Of a stretch of DNA of 52,983 nt, positions 8,428 to 15,945 are shown in pieces. Below the pieces are notes generated by a model, which did not search any database, had not been told where the DNA came from, and saw only the letters and a program-made list of their open reading frames with translations. Every line of letters starts with the position of its first letter. Positions within the stretch are counted from its first letter, which is position 1. This DNA comes from Candidatus Sungiibacteriota bacterium. Lineage in GTDB: Bacteria; Patescibacteriota; Minisyncoccia; Sungbacterales; HO2-52-23. The stretch lies in contig JACPMG010000011.1 in NCBI GenBank assembly GCA_016186095.1, forward strand, positions 1 to 52,983, read 5' to 3'. A program made the translations under genes and the position numbers.

Positions 8428-9489
8428 TTAAAATTGTTTTAAAAATCTTAAATCCCCTGATCGCAGGAGCCGTAGATCCGGAATTTTGTATTTCAGAATT
8501 GCAATGCGATCCACCCCAATATCCCAGGCAATCCCCTGCCAGTTTTTTGGATTATAGCCCGCGGCTTTGAAAATATTAGGGTGTACTACTCCTCCCGGGA
8601 ATACTTCAATCCAGCCGGATTGTTTGCAAACCGAGCATCCGCTTTGGCGGCAGTAAAGGCACTCTATGTCCATTTCCACCCCCGGCTCGACAAAAGGGAA
8701 ATATCCCGCGCGCAAACGCGTTTTGATTTTCGGCCCGAAGAGCCTTCTTAGAACCGTCTCCATTATCCCCTTGAGGTCGGCAAGAGACACCTTCTTATCA
8801 ACCATAAGCCCGTCCATCTGGGTAAACTGCGTCTCGTGCGAGGCATCGGTGGCTTCGCGGCGAAATACCGTGCCGGGCATGATAATTCTGAAGGGCGGGT
8901 TATTTTTTTCCATATACCTCACTTGATTTTGGGTAACCTGCGTGCTCATAAGAAGCCGGCTGGTTACGACGCGCCCTTGTTTTTTAAGAGTTACCGGCGG
9001 TAGCTTCAGCCACCAGGTATCCTGCATTTCGCGCGCGGGGTGCGTTGCGGGCATATTTAGTGAATCGAAGTTGTAATATTCAAGTTCAAGTTCCGGCCCC
9101 TCCACGACCTCAAATCCCATGGAATAAAAAATCGCTTCAATCTCGCGTTTGATTTTAGTGATGGGGTGAAGATGTCCTCGCGCCTGCTTTACTCCGGGCC
9201 GCGTGATATCCAGCCATTCGTTTCGTAAGACAGATTCCCGCGAAATACTTTTAAGCTCTTTTAGCCGTTTTGCCAGGAGATTTTCGATAGCGGTCCGCAG
9301 ATAGTTGGCTTCCTGTCCGATTAGTCGTCGCCGCTCTTCCGGAAGGTCCTTGAGTGCACGAAGGATCAATGTTAACGCCCCCTTTCTGCCCATATACTGC
9401 AGGCGGATTTTTTCGAGTTCCTCGGCGGTGGAGGACTTTTTTATCTCGTTAGCAGAGGATTTGCGAATTTTTGCAAGAGTGGAATTCAC
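8428..9489 (-). CDS. pheS: phenylalanine--tRNA ligase alpha subunit
   Basis: 353 aa with class II aaRS motifs (HPITK..., FRIIMPGTVFRRE, GYFPFVEPG, GAGMVHPNV-like GGVVHPNIF). GTG start. Confidence 0.95.
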   Translation of the reverse strand: MNSTLAKIRKSSANEIKKSSTAEELEKIRLQYMGRKGALTLILRALKDLPEERRRLIGQEANYLRTAIENLLAKRLKELKSISRESVLRNEWLDITRPGVKQARGHLHPITKIKREIEAIFYSMGFEVVEGPELELEYYNFDSLNMPATHPAREMQDTWWLKLPPVTLKKQGRVVTSRLLMSTQVTQNQVRYMEKNNPPFRIIMPGTVFRREATDASHETQFTQMDGLMVDKKVSLADLKGIMETVLRRLFGPKIKTRLRAGYFPFVEPGVEMDIECLYCRQSGCSVCKQSGWIEVFPGGVVHPNIFKAAGYNPKNWQGIAWDIGVDRIAILKYKIPDLRLLRSGDLRFLKQF

Positions 9490-9540
9490 AAAGTTCAGTG
9501 TAGCAGGAAATCATCGTCCAGACAAATCGGATATAAGCGG

Positions 9541-9570
9541 TTGTCTCGCCAACCCCTGAATTGTTATAGT
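9541..9570 (+). promoter_or_regulatory. candidate promoter, TTGTCT-18-TATAGT
   Basis: -35 at 9541-9546 and -10 at 9565-9570, upstream of the small ORF at 9598. Confidence 0.35.
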
Positions 9571-9597
9571 ATATTTAAGACCGCATGGGAGGCCGAA

Positions 9598-9738
9598 ATG
9601 CCGCGGAAAAGAAAAATTCTCCTCTGGATCATCGCGGCCCTGATAGTTTTTGCTTTGTCGTTCCCGCTGTCGGCATTTTTTCAAACCGTATGGCAGGAAT
9701 TGGTCGGTCAGCCGCAGGAGACGCTGATGTTCTATTAG
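9598..9738 (+). CDS. small membrane protein (46 aa)
   Basis: GGGAGG lies 5 nt before the ATG. MPRKRKILLWIIAALIVFALSFPLSAFF is a single transmembrane helix. It has its own promoter-like element and a downstream terminator. Confidence 0.5.
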   Translation: MPRKRKILLWIIAALIVFALSFPLSAFFQTVWQELVGQPQETLMFY

Positions 9739-9759
9739 ACGATTTTCCGTCCAAATAAA

Positions 9760-9790
9760 GAGCCTGCTCACTCGAGCAAGCTCGTTTTAT
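9760..9790 (+). terminator. intrinsic terminator after the small ORF
   Basis: GAGC-ct-GCTC actc GAGC-aa-GCTC followed by GTTTT. Confidence 0.45.
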
Positions 9791-9939
9791 ATTATTCGGA
9801 TGTTGATAGCCCTTAGGCCTTTTTCTCTTTGAATCACGTCCAACGCCGCTTTTAAGGCTCGGCGGTTTAATATTTCCGTATCGGGAAGACACCCGTTTTC
9901 CCGACCCCTTTCCTCGGTTCTCATCCGGTCTTAATAAAA

Positions 9940-9966
9940 ATCTGGCATTAAATGATGCCAGATTTT
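9940..9966. terminator. bidirectional intrinsic terminator downstream of the tRNA operon
   Basis: ATCTGGCA / TGCCAGAT stem flanked by AAAAA on the left and TTTT on the right. Confidence 0.6.
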
Positions 9967-9973
9967 ATTGGAG

Positions 9974-10049
9974 CGCGGGCGACCGGATTCGAACCGGCGA
10001 TCTTCTGATTGACAATCAGACGCTTTAAACCAGGCTAAGCTACGCCCGC
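9974..10049 (-). tRNA. tRNA-Asp (anticodon GTC)
   Basis: Hand-folded cloverleaf: acceptor GCGGGCG/CGCCCGC, anticodon loop TTGTCAA, T-arm GCCGG TTCGAAT CCGGT. CCA is not encoded directly after the discriminator. Confidence 0.9.
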
Positions 10050-10054
10050 ATTAT

Positions 10055-10195
10055 TTATTTTTTCTTTTTCACACGCCTGAAAAATTCAATTTGTCGCAAT
10101 CGGTTCCTAGCCTCTTTCAAAGTTTTATACGTTCCGAACGATCTTTCGGCGGCTTCGGAAAGTACGATATATTTTCCTTTTATTCTTTTGATCAT
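10055..10195 (-). CDS. possible 46-aa basic protein between two tRNA genes
   Basis: MIKRIKGKYIVLSEAAERSFGTYKTLKEARNRLRQIEFFRRVKKKK. It is below the ORF-track cutoff. It fills almost exactly the 148 nt tRNA-Met to tRNA-Asp spacer on the same strand. No Shine-Dalgarno sequence. Confidence 0.3.
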   Translation of the reverse strand: MIKRIKGKYIVLSEAAERSFGTYKTLKEARNRLRQIEFFRRVKKKK

Positions 10196-10197
10196 AT

Positions 10198-10270
10198 TGC
10201 CGGTGATAGGAATTGAACCTATGACCTAACGCTTATGAAGCGCTCGCTCTTACCACTGAGCTACACCGGC
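10198..10270 (-). tRNA. tRNA with CAT anticodon, elongator type (Met; a lysidine-modified Ile2 cannot be excluded)
   Basis: Acceptor GCCGGTG/CACCGGC, D-stem GCTC/GAGC (C11:G24), anticodon loop TTCATAA, T-arm ATAGG TTCAATT CCTAT. Confidence 0.88.
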
Positions 10271-10283
10271 ACCTATAAAAATA

Positions 10284-10354
10284 TCGCGGGGCCGGGAATT
10301 GCACCCGGGTCTCGAGGTTATGAGCCTCGCGAGGTACTTCTCCTCAACCCCGCA
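10284..10354 (-). tRNA. tRNA with CAT anticodon, probable initiator (fMet), atypical
   Basis: Anticodon loop CTCATAA. A11:U24 in the D-stem and a weak U1:G72 pair are initiator-like. Atypical points: only 71 nt, a 7-nt D-loop, T-loop TGCAATT (G55), and an anticodon stem with only two consecutive G:C pairs (30:40, 31:39) next to the loop. Confidence 0.7.
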
Positions 10355-10359
10355 TAAAG

Positions 10360-10388
10360 ATTATAAGCTAAAAATAAAGATTTGGCAA
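10360..10388 (-). promoter_or_regulatory. tRNA operon promoter, TTGCCA-17-TATAAT
   Basis: On the minus strand, -35 at 10383-10388 and -10 at 10360-10365. The predicted start falls at or next to nucleotide 1 of the first tRNA. Confidence 0.6.
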
Positions 10389-10416
10389 TAATTGATTCGG
10401 GCCCCCGCGACCACAA

Positions 10417-10460
10417 GTATAACTCAAAACCGCTCCGAGTGGAGCGGTTTTGAGTTATAC
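10417..10460. terminator. perfect 20-bp hairpin overlapping the stop of the 189-aa gene
   Basis: GTATAACTCAAAACCGCTCC gagt GGAGCGGTTTTGAGTTATAC, at the end of the ligase-gatCA operon. Confidence 0.6.
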
Positions 10461-11024
10461 TTTTTCTTCAAACATTCCCAAATCCCTCAACGCCTGATCA
10501 TAAGAGCGGAGCGCGTGTATTATGGTTTCGCGCGTATGCTGCTCCAGCGGGTCGTGGGCGATCATATTGCGCAGGCGGTGCTGTTTCAATATGTCGTCCA
10601 GAAGCGCGTCGGCGCGAAGCACGGCCATGTTCCAATCGGATGGATTTTGCGAATTGGCCAGATCCCGTATATGTCCCCATTGTCTCTGCGCTTCTTCTTC
10701 CGGCGGGGCCGGCAGCTCTTCTTTGAGGCCACCCGTAGATTGAATGATTTCCGTCAATCTGGAGTAGCGGCGGATGGTGAACACTATAAAGACTAGAAGC
10801 CCAGCATTAATTACGGAAAAAATTATGGTGAGCCAGAAATTAATCCCCTGCCAATTTTTTGAATAGAACCATTCAAGCAGCCGTTGATACCAGTCCAGAA
10901 CCTCGCGTATATATAATCCGAGAAAAGATAGCGCTACAAGAAGCGCTATGATCGCGACGGTCATATCAGCGGTGATGGTAGACAACTTTTGATCCGATTT
11001 TTTATCCGATCCTTCTTCGGCCAT
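10455..11024 (-). CDS. hypothetical membrane protein (189 aa)
   Basis: Two N-terminal transmembrane helices and a soluble C-terminal domain. Starts 2 nt after the gatA stop. Confidence 0.6.
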   Translation of the reverse strand: MAEEGSDKKSDQKLSTITADMTVAIIALLVALSFLGLYIREVLDWYQRLLEWFYSKNWQGINFWLTIIFSVINAGLLVFIVFTIRRYSRLTEIIQSTGGLKEELPAPPEEEAQRQWGHIRDLANSQNPSDWNMAVLRADALLDDILKQHRLRNMIAHDPLEQHTRETIIHALRSYDQALRDLGMFEEKV

Positions 11025-11026
11025 AT

Positions 11027-12499
11027 TTATGGGGTTAGTATTTTTTCTATTGCGCCGGCAATTTTCAGCAGTTTATTTTCGGAAAACCACGTTCCTATTA
11101 TCTGCAATCCCACGGGCAGACGCACCCCTTTTTCTTCCACGGTTCCGGCCGGAAGCGAGAGAGCGGGAACGCCGGCAAGATTAATTGCCACCGTATAAAT
11201 ATCTTCCAGATACATTTGCACGGGATCATTTATCTTCGCTCCGATCTTAAAAGCGAGGCCGGGAGCGGTAGGCCCGACAATGATGTCTACTTTATCGAAT
11301 GCCCTTCTGAAGTCTTCTCGCACAAGATGCCGCACCTTCTGCGCTTTTAGGTAGTATGATTCATAGTAGCCGGCCGAGAGCGTATAGGTTCCCAGCATGA
11401 TGCGCCTTTTCACTTCCGGGCCCAGGGCCTCTTGGCGCGATAGCGCGTAAGTATTATATAAAGAATCGGCTTGGTGCCGGTATCCGTATCGTATTCCATC
11501 GTATCGAGCAAGATTAGCGGATATCTCCGAAGGGGCTATTATATAGTAGGCAGGCAAGGCGTAGGGCATGTTGGGCAGGCTTATATCAATAAGTTCAGCG
11601 CCGGCCTGTTCCATTTTTTCCAGGGCCGACCTTACTACTTTTTCTACTTTTATATCCAGCTCTTTTATAAAATATTCTTTTGGTACGCCAACTTTGATTT
11701 TCTTTAAAAAATTATAGTTGGCGCTGGCAGCCGGCAACTGGTTACTGTTATCTGACGCGACAGCGGTTGCATCAAACGCGTCTTTTCCTTTTATAGCATT
11801 AAAGAGGAGTGCCGCGTCCTCCGCCGATCTGGCGATAGGGCCTATCTGGTCAAGAGAGGAAGCCATGGCGATAAGTCCGTGACGGCTGACCGCGCCATAG
11901 GTGGGTTTGAGGCCCACGACTCCGCAAAATGCCGACGGCTGTCGTATTGATCCTCCGGTATCGGAGCCTAATGCCGCAAGGCATAGGTTTGCGGCGACAG
12001 CCGCGGCTGATCCCCCGGAAGATCCTCCGGGAACCCGTGTATGGTCATGCGGATTTTTAGTCGGGCCAAAGGCGGAATTTTCCGTGGAAACGCCCATGGC
12101 AAATTCGTCCAGGTTCGTTTTCCCCAGAAAGATTGCTCCGTGATTTTTCAGTTTTCGGATTACGGTGGCGTCATAGGCGGCTGTATAGTTTTCAAGGATC
12201 TTGGAGCCGGCCGTACATCGCCTGCCCTCAATTAAGATATTGTCTTTGATCGCCAGGGGAATTCCGAAAAGCGAGGGTAGGCCGTTTGACATTTCGACAC
12301 TTTGATATTTCGAGCCGAGCATCTCATCGGCTTTTTGCGCCGCATCCGCGGCGTCCTCAAAAATATCAAGGTACGCATGGAGATTTTTATTTTCTCTTTT
12401 TATCGCGTCGAGACAATCCTCTACCAGTTCTGTTACGGAGAATTCTTTTTGGTGGAGTCCCGCGGAGGCCTGTTTAATTGTGAGTTCGTTTAGTCTCAT
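11027..12499 (-). CDS. gatA: Glu/Asp-tRNA amidotransferase subunit A
   Basis: 490 aa with the amidase signature GGSSGGSAAAVAA and GSDTGGSIRQPSAFCGVVGLKPTYG. Confidence 0.95.
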   Translation of the reverse strand: MRLNELTIKQASAGLHQKEFSVTELVEDCLDAIKRENKNLHAYLDIFEDAADAAQKADEMLGSKYQSVEMSNGLPSLFGIPLAIKDNILIEGRRCTAGSKILENYTAAYDATVIRKLKNHGAIFLGKTNLDEFAMGVSTENSAFGPTKNPHDHTRVPGGSSGGSAAAVAANLCLAALGSDTGGSIRQPSAFCGVVGLKPTYGAVSRHGLIAMASSLDQIGPIARSAEDAALLFNAIKGKDAFDATAVASDNSNQLPAASANYNFLKKIKVGVPKEYFIKELDIKVEKVVRSALEKMEQAGAELIDISLPNMPYALPAYYIIAPSEISANLARYDGIRYGYRHQADSLYNTYALSRQEALGPEVKRRIMLGTYTLSAGYYESYYLKAQKVRHLVREDFRRAFDKVDIIVGPTAPGLAFKIGAKINDPVQMYLEDIYTVAINLAGVPALSLPAGTVEEKGVRLPVGLQIIGTWFSENKLLKIAGAIEKILTP

Positions 12500-12552
12500 T
12501 TTTTCTGCTAATTGCGGATATTCGTAATTAGGAAGGTCCGCAATTAATATGG
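12500..12552. repeat. self-complementary spacer cassette (gatC-gatA)
   Basis: 10-bp closing stem TAATTGCGGA / TCCGCAATTA around ATTCGTAATTAGG, which contains the TACGAAT word. Confidence 0.55.
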
Positions 12553-12849
12553 CTAGTCAAATACCGCCTTTACTTTTGTCCATCCGCCTTTTTTATCCGG
12601 AAATGATCCGATAAGTTCTGCGGACTTACCCTCCAGGTCCTGGGAGGTTTGCTCGTCCGGGCGCATTACATTTTCTAACACTGTTCCTCCGGTCGTAGGC
12701 TCCACCTCGCCTGTCTCAACCTCATTAAGTTTTTCTACAAATTCTAAAATAGCCGAGAGTTCTTTCTCAAATTTTTGTTTCTCCGCGTCGGTAAGCTCGA
12801 TACGGGCTAGCTGCGAGATATGTTCTACTTCTTTTCCGGTGATGGTCAT
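12553..12849 (-). CDS. gatC: Glu/Asp-tRNA amidotransferase subunit C
   Basis: 98 aa. VEHISQLARIELTDAEKQKF is the typical GatC N-terminus. Confidence 0.9.
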   Translation of the reverse strand: MTITGKEVEHISQLARIELTDAEKQKFEKELSAILEFVEKLNEVETGEVEPTTGGTVLENVMRPDEQTSQDLEGKSAELIGSFPDKKGGWTKVKAVFD

Positions 12850-14636
12850 TTTTTTTGGGCTTTATACATTTTTTTTATTTCTTCCACGGTGGTCGCATCT
12901 TCCGGATTTTTGTCGTCGCGAAAACGGACTAGTCTTGGGAAGCGCAGCGAATAACCGCGCGTGTTACTGCCGTGTCTGCCGGCCGTGTGGCGGGGGGAGA
13001 GCGTTATTTCATCGGCAAGTATTTCAACTACTAGCGCTGGCCGCGCCCATATATCCGGTGCGATTTCTTTGTCCGCCACGTAACTTTTTGGCATCTCCGG
13101 GGCTTTAAGTTTTTCCACCCTTTTATTCGCCTCTCGGAATTGTTCGTCTGAAAGACCGGTTCCCAGGCGGGATACGGTATAATATTTGTCTTCCGGGCCG
13201 CGTATGCCAAGGAGAAGTCCGCCGACGCCAAACCCCGCCCTTTTACCTCTGCCCCTATAGCCACCCATGATAACACAATCAATCGTATCAAGCAGTTGAT
13301 TTTTGCCGCGCGCTTGTCCGGAGCGCAATTTTTCTAGAGCGGCGGTGGTGGCCTTTAGTTTTATCCAGTGAAACCCGCGGCTGCCCGCTTGATACGGCGC
13401 TTCCAAATTTTTCACCACCAGCCCTTCCAGTCCGGCCTCTACGCTTTTTCCAAGCTCTTTTTCTATAAGTGCGGGGCTTGCGGTCTCTGTCTGCCGGGCG
13501 AGCATAAGCGCGCCGATGCCCTGAACTGGTATGACTTTTTCCAAAATTGCTCTGCGTTTTCTGAAGGGTAAGTTCAGGAGCGATCGGCCATTGAGGTGCA
13601 ATATGTCAAACACGAAGATATGCAGGGGTATTTTTTTGGCGAATTCCTCTATCTCATATTTTCGCTTGCGTTGTACCGTTTCTTGAAAGGCGGCGAATTT
13701 TCCGGTTTTGGCATTATATCCGATAGTTTCTCCGTCCAGGATTATGTTATCCGTTTTTAGTTTCCTGGCCGAAGCCGTAATCTCCGGAAACATGAGCGTT
13801 GTATTTTCCAGATTTCTTGAAAATAGGGCTATGCGTTTTTGGCCCCCTTCTTTCCAGGCATGAAGCTGGGTGCGGAATCCGTCTAATTTTTTCTCCACCC
13901 CCACGAGCGGCCCGGCTTTTTTGATGGTTTCTACCGCTCCGGGCAGTCTTTCCGCCAGGGAGGGTCTGACCGGTACTCCGGGGTTGGTCTCGATTTTTTT
14001 AAGCATTGCCAGCCCTCCCATTTTTATCTTTTTGGTTATTGCTCCTATGTCGGCGGTGACGTTGTATGCTCGCTCGATAAGCGGACGGGCCGATTTATCC
14101 CCTTTATTGGCCACGGACAGGGCGTCAAGAATTGTGGCCTCGGAGAATCCCAGGCGCATTTTGCCCAGGGGCATGCGAACCACGAATTTCACTGATCGCG
14201 CGTCAAGATTTGATAGAAGTTCTGCCATCTTTTTAATCTTCCGCTCCTGGCTTCCTTCGCCCGATTCCGCGGCGATTTCAAGGAGAGCGTCGTATAAATA
14301 ATTTACGCTGAAATTTTTTGCTTTTTTATTTTTTTGCTGTTGGGCTAGTTCATGCGCCACATTACCTAAATCACCCGCGGATTTATATTTCTTGGTTATA
14401 TAGGCCGGACTCTGGTCAAAGGCTAAAGCCAGCGCTTGGGTCATTATTTTCTCGGCAATGTTAAACTCCAATCCTTTATAGGCGGGCAGAAGTTCTCCCA
14501 GGAGCAGATAAGAGATTTTATCAATCTCTTCTCGGCTTGCCCTTTGGAAAATACTAGCCAGTATTTCCGTCATGGCGTTTCTTGAGGATGTATTTTCCAG
14601 CTTTTCTAAATAAACCGATAGATCGGAGAATTTCAT
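12846..14636 (-). CDS. lig: ATP-dependent DNA ligase (archaeal/eukaryotic Lig1-like, with N-terminal DNA-binding domain)
   Basis: 596 aa. Adenylation motif EKKLDGFR, then LILDGETIG, EGLVVK and the WIKLK motif. Its stop overlaps the gatC start (ATGA). Confidence 0.92.
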   Translation of the reverse strand: MKFSDLSVYLEKLENTSSRNAMTEILASIFQRASREEIDKISYLLLGELLPAYKGLEFNIAEKIMTQALALAFDQSPAYITKKYKSAGDLGNVAHELAQQQKNKKAKNFSVNYLYDALLEIAAESGEGSQERKIKKMAELLSNLDARSVKFVVRMPLGKMRLGFSEATILDALSVANKGDKSARPLIERAYNVTADIGAITKKIKMGGLAMLKKIETNPGVPVRPSLAERLPGAVETIKKAGPLVGVEKKLDGFRTQLHAWKEGGQKRIALFSRNLENTTLMFPEITASARKLKTDNIILDGETIGYNAKTGKFAAFQETVQRKRKYEIEEFAKKIPLHIFVFDILHLNGRSLLNLPFRKRRAILEKVIPVQGIGALMLARQTETASPALIEKELGKSVEAGLEGLVVKNLEAPYQAGSRGFHWIKLKATTAALEKLRSGQARGKNQLLDTIDCVIMGGYRGRGKRAGFGVGGLLLGIRGPEDKYYTVSRLGTGLSDEQFREANKRVEKLKAPEMPKSYVADKEIAPDIWARPALVVEILADEITLSPRHTAGRHGSNTRGYSLRFPRLVRFRDDKNPEDATTVEEIKKMYKAQKK

Positions 14637-14648
14637 GCCAATATCCGC

Positions 14649-14860
14649 CCAAATTTTGGAGTTACGCGTAAACGCGGAACGAACAAAATTTGGTTGCGGG
14701 ATTGAGCACCCCCCACTTACTCTTGTGCACGTTGTTCATCGGCGCTAAAACGGAAAATCCTTTTGCGGGCCTGCTCTGTACGTACATCTTGCACAAAAGT
14801 AAGTGGGGGGTAAAGGTTTTCTAGCTAAATTTTCTGCGTCCTTCGGACTTGAAAATTTAG
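14649..14860. other. three consecutive long stem-loops in a 230 nt spacer (candidate structured RNA)
   Basis: Hairpin I, 14649-14693: CCAAATTTT...AAAATTTGG enclosing CGCG taaa CGCG. Hairpin II, 14709-14810: 21-nt arms matching 20/21, CCCCCCACTTACTCTTGTGCA / TGCACAAAAGTAAGTGGGGGG. Hairpin III, 14825-14860: CTAAATTTTC...GAAAATTTAG enclosing GTCC ttcg GAC. Confidence 0.35.
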
Positions 14861-14870
14861 AGAAGGCCCC

Positions 14871-15329
14871 TTAATAATTAACTTGAAAGCCGCGTTTTAC
14901 CACCCTTAGGGGGTTGGTCCCGCAGCGGTATTGCCCCGAAGTTATAATCTCGGTATTTCCTCCGGTCTTGGATACGCGGATCGTGTAGCAAGCGCCGGAT
15001 TCGGTATCAAATGTTTGCGCCGGGAAACAATTGATCCCGGGAGTGGGACAGATTTCCCCGGTTATCCTGTCGCGAAAAAGCATCTTTTCAATCCCCTGAT
15101 CGGCGGCGTAAAAAGCTACGAACGAATCGGCTATTTCGCCGGATATTTTTATCTGTCCGAGGACAACATTAAAAATTCCTATGGATATAGAAAAAAGCAC
15201 AGATAGAATAACCACCACTAGAAGGAGGGTAATGCCCCGTTCCCCGGAAGATAAGGGGTAAAAGATAAAGGATAAAAACCTTCCTTTTTCATTTTTGTCT
15301 TTTGTCTTTTGTCTTTTGTCTTGAATCAT
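14871..15329 (-). CDS. PilX-like minor pilin / pilus assembly protein
   Basis: 152 aa with a hydrophobic ITLLLVVVILSVLFSISIG segment after GERG. The ATG overlaps the upstream stop (ATGA). Confidence 0.6.
   Translation of the reverse strand: MIQDKRQKTKDKNEKGRFLSFIFYPLSSGERGITLLLVVVILSVLFSISIGIFNVVLGQIKISGEIADSFVAFYAADQGIEKMLFRDRITGEICPTPGINCFPAQTFDTESGACYTIRVSKTGGNTEIITSGQYRCGTNPLRVVKRGFQVNY
15294..15321. repeat. 4 x 7 nt tandem array (AGACAAA in the sense strand) in the 5' coding end of the PilX-like gene
   Basis: The plus strand reads TTTGTCT four times exactly. It encodes QDKRQKTKDK directly after the ATG. Confidence 0.9.
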
Positions 15330-15886
15330 AAATCTCTTAATCTCTGTGTTATCGTGGTCTGCATATCCAGGCTGGACTCAAGCAAGTATTTTGCGCTTCG
15401 GGAGCGTACCTTCAGGGCAAGGGTTGCTCTTGGCTGTCCATCGGCCGGTCCGGGCGCCTCTCCGCGCAGCGTAAAGGAAAGACGGTCGACCAGGACTTCC
15501 TCCGAGGTAAGAGGGGCTACTTTTTCCGGATTGGCGCAATCCGCGCTGGTAATATTTTGGACTGACCTCATTATAATTTTGTTGTCGGTATCCAGAAAGT
15601 AAGTGCGCGGCTCTCCCAGGGAGGTGGTAAAACTGATTTCCGATCCGGGAGGGGAGCACTTAACAGTTAACTGATAATTCGATCCGGTTCTCATCTCCTT
15701 AGTAATAAGTTCAAGCGAAAAACGGATGTTGTCTTGAATAGCTTGGATGTTAGCCGCTTTTATCTGGGCGTTGGAGACGCCAAGCATTATGCCTATGGCC
15801 GAGACGACCAGTACCGAAAAAAGACCGGTAGAAATTATCATCTCCAGCAGCGTAAAGCCGTAGTTAAATTTTTGCGTTTTTCGCAT
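15326..15886 (-). CDS. prepilin-type minor pilin (PilW-like)
   Basis: MRKTQKFNYG|FTLLEMIISTGLF: leader ending in Gly, then Phe+1 and Glu+5. Confidence 0.8.
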   Translation of the reverse strand: MRKTQKFNYGFTLLEMIISTGLFSVLVVSAIGIMLGVSNAQIKAANIQAIQDNIRFSLELITKEMRTGSNYQLTVKCSPPGSEISFTTSLGEPRTYFLDTDNKIIMRSVQNITSADCANPEKVAPLTSEEVLVDRLSFTLRGEAPGPADGQPRATLALKVRSRSAKYLLESSLDMQTTITQRLRDL

Positions 15887-15945
15887 ATGTCTTCTGACCG
15901 TTTTGTGCCGTGATCCCGGCCCGGAAATCCGCCCCGCGTGTTAGG

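Noticed and set aside
9490-9935. A possible T-box leader upstream of pheS.
   Set aside because: No T-box sequence (GGGTGGTACCGCG-like), no specifier-loop context and no AGAGA/GNUGA boxes. Part of the region is occupied by a divergent small gene.
10050-10197. A fourth tRNA in the long tRNA-Met to tRNA-Asp spacer.
   Set aside because: No acceptor or T-arm pairing could be built on either strand. The spacer reads as a single small ORF instead.
14709-14810. A ~100-nt hairpin with a G6/C6 closing stem, considered as a 4.5S/SRP RNA.
   Set aside because: Neither strand has the domain IV signature (a GGAA tetraloop flanked by the CAGG...AGCA symmetric-loop residues).
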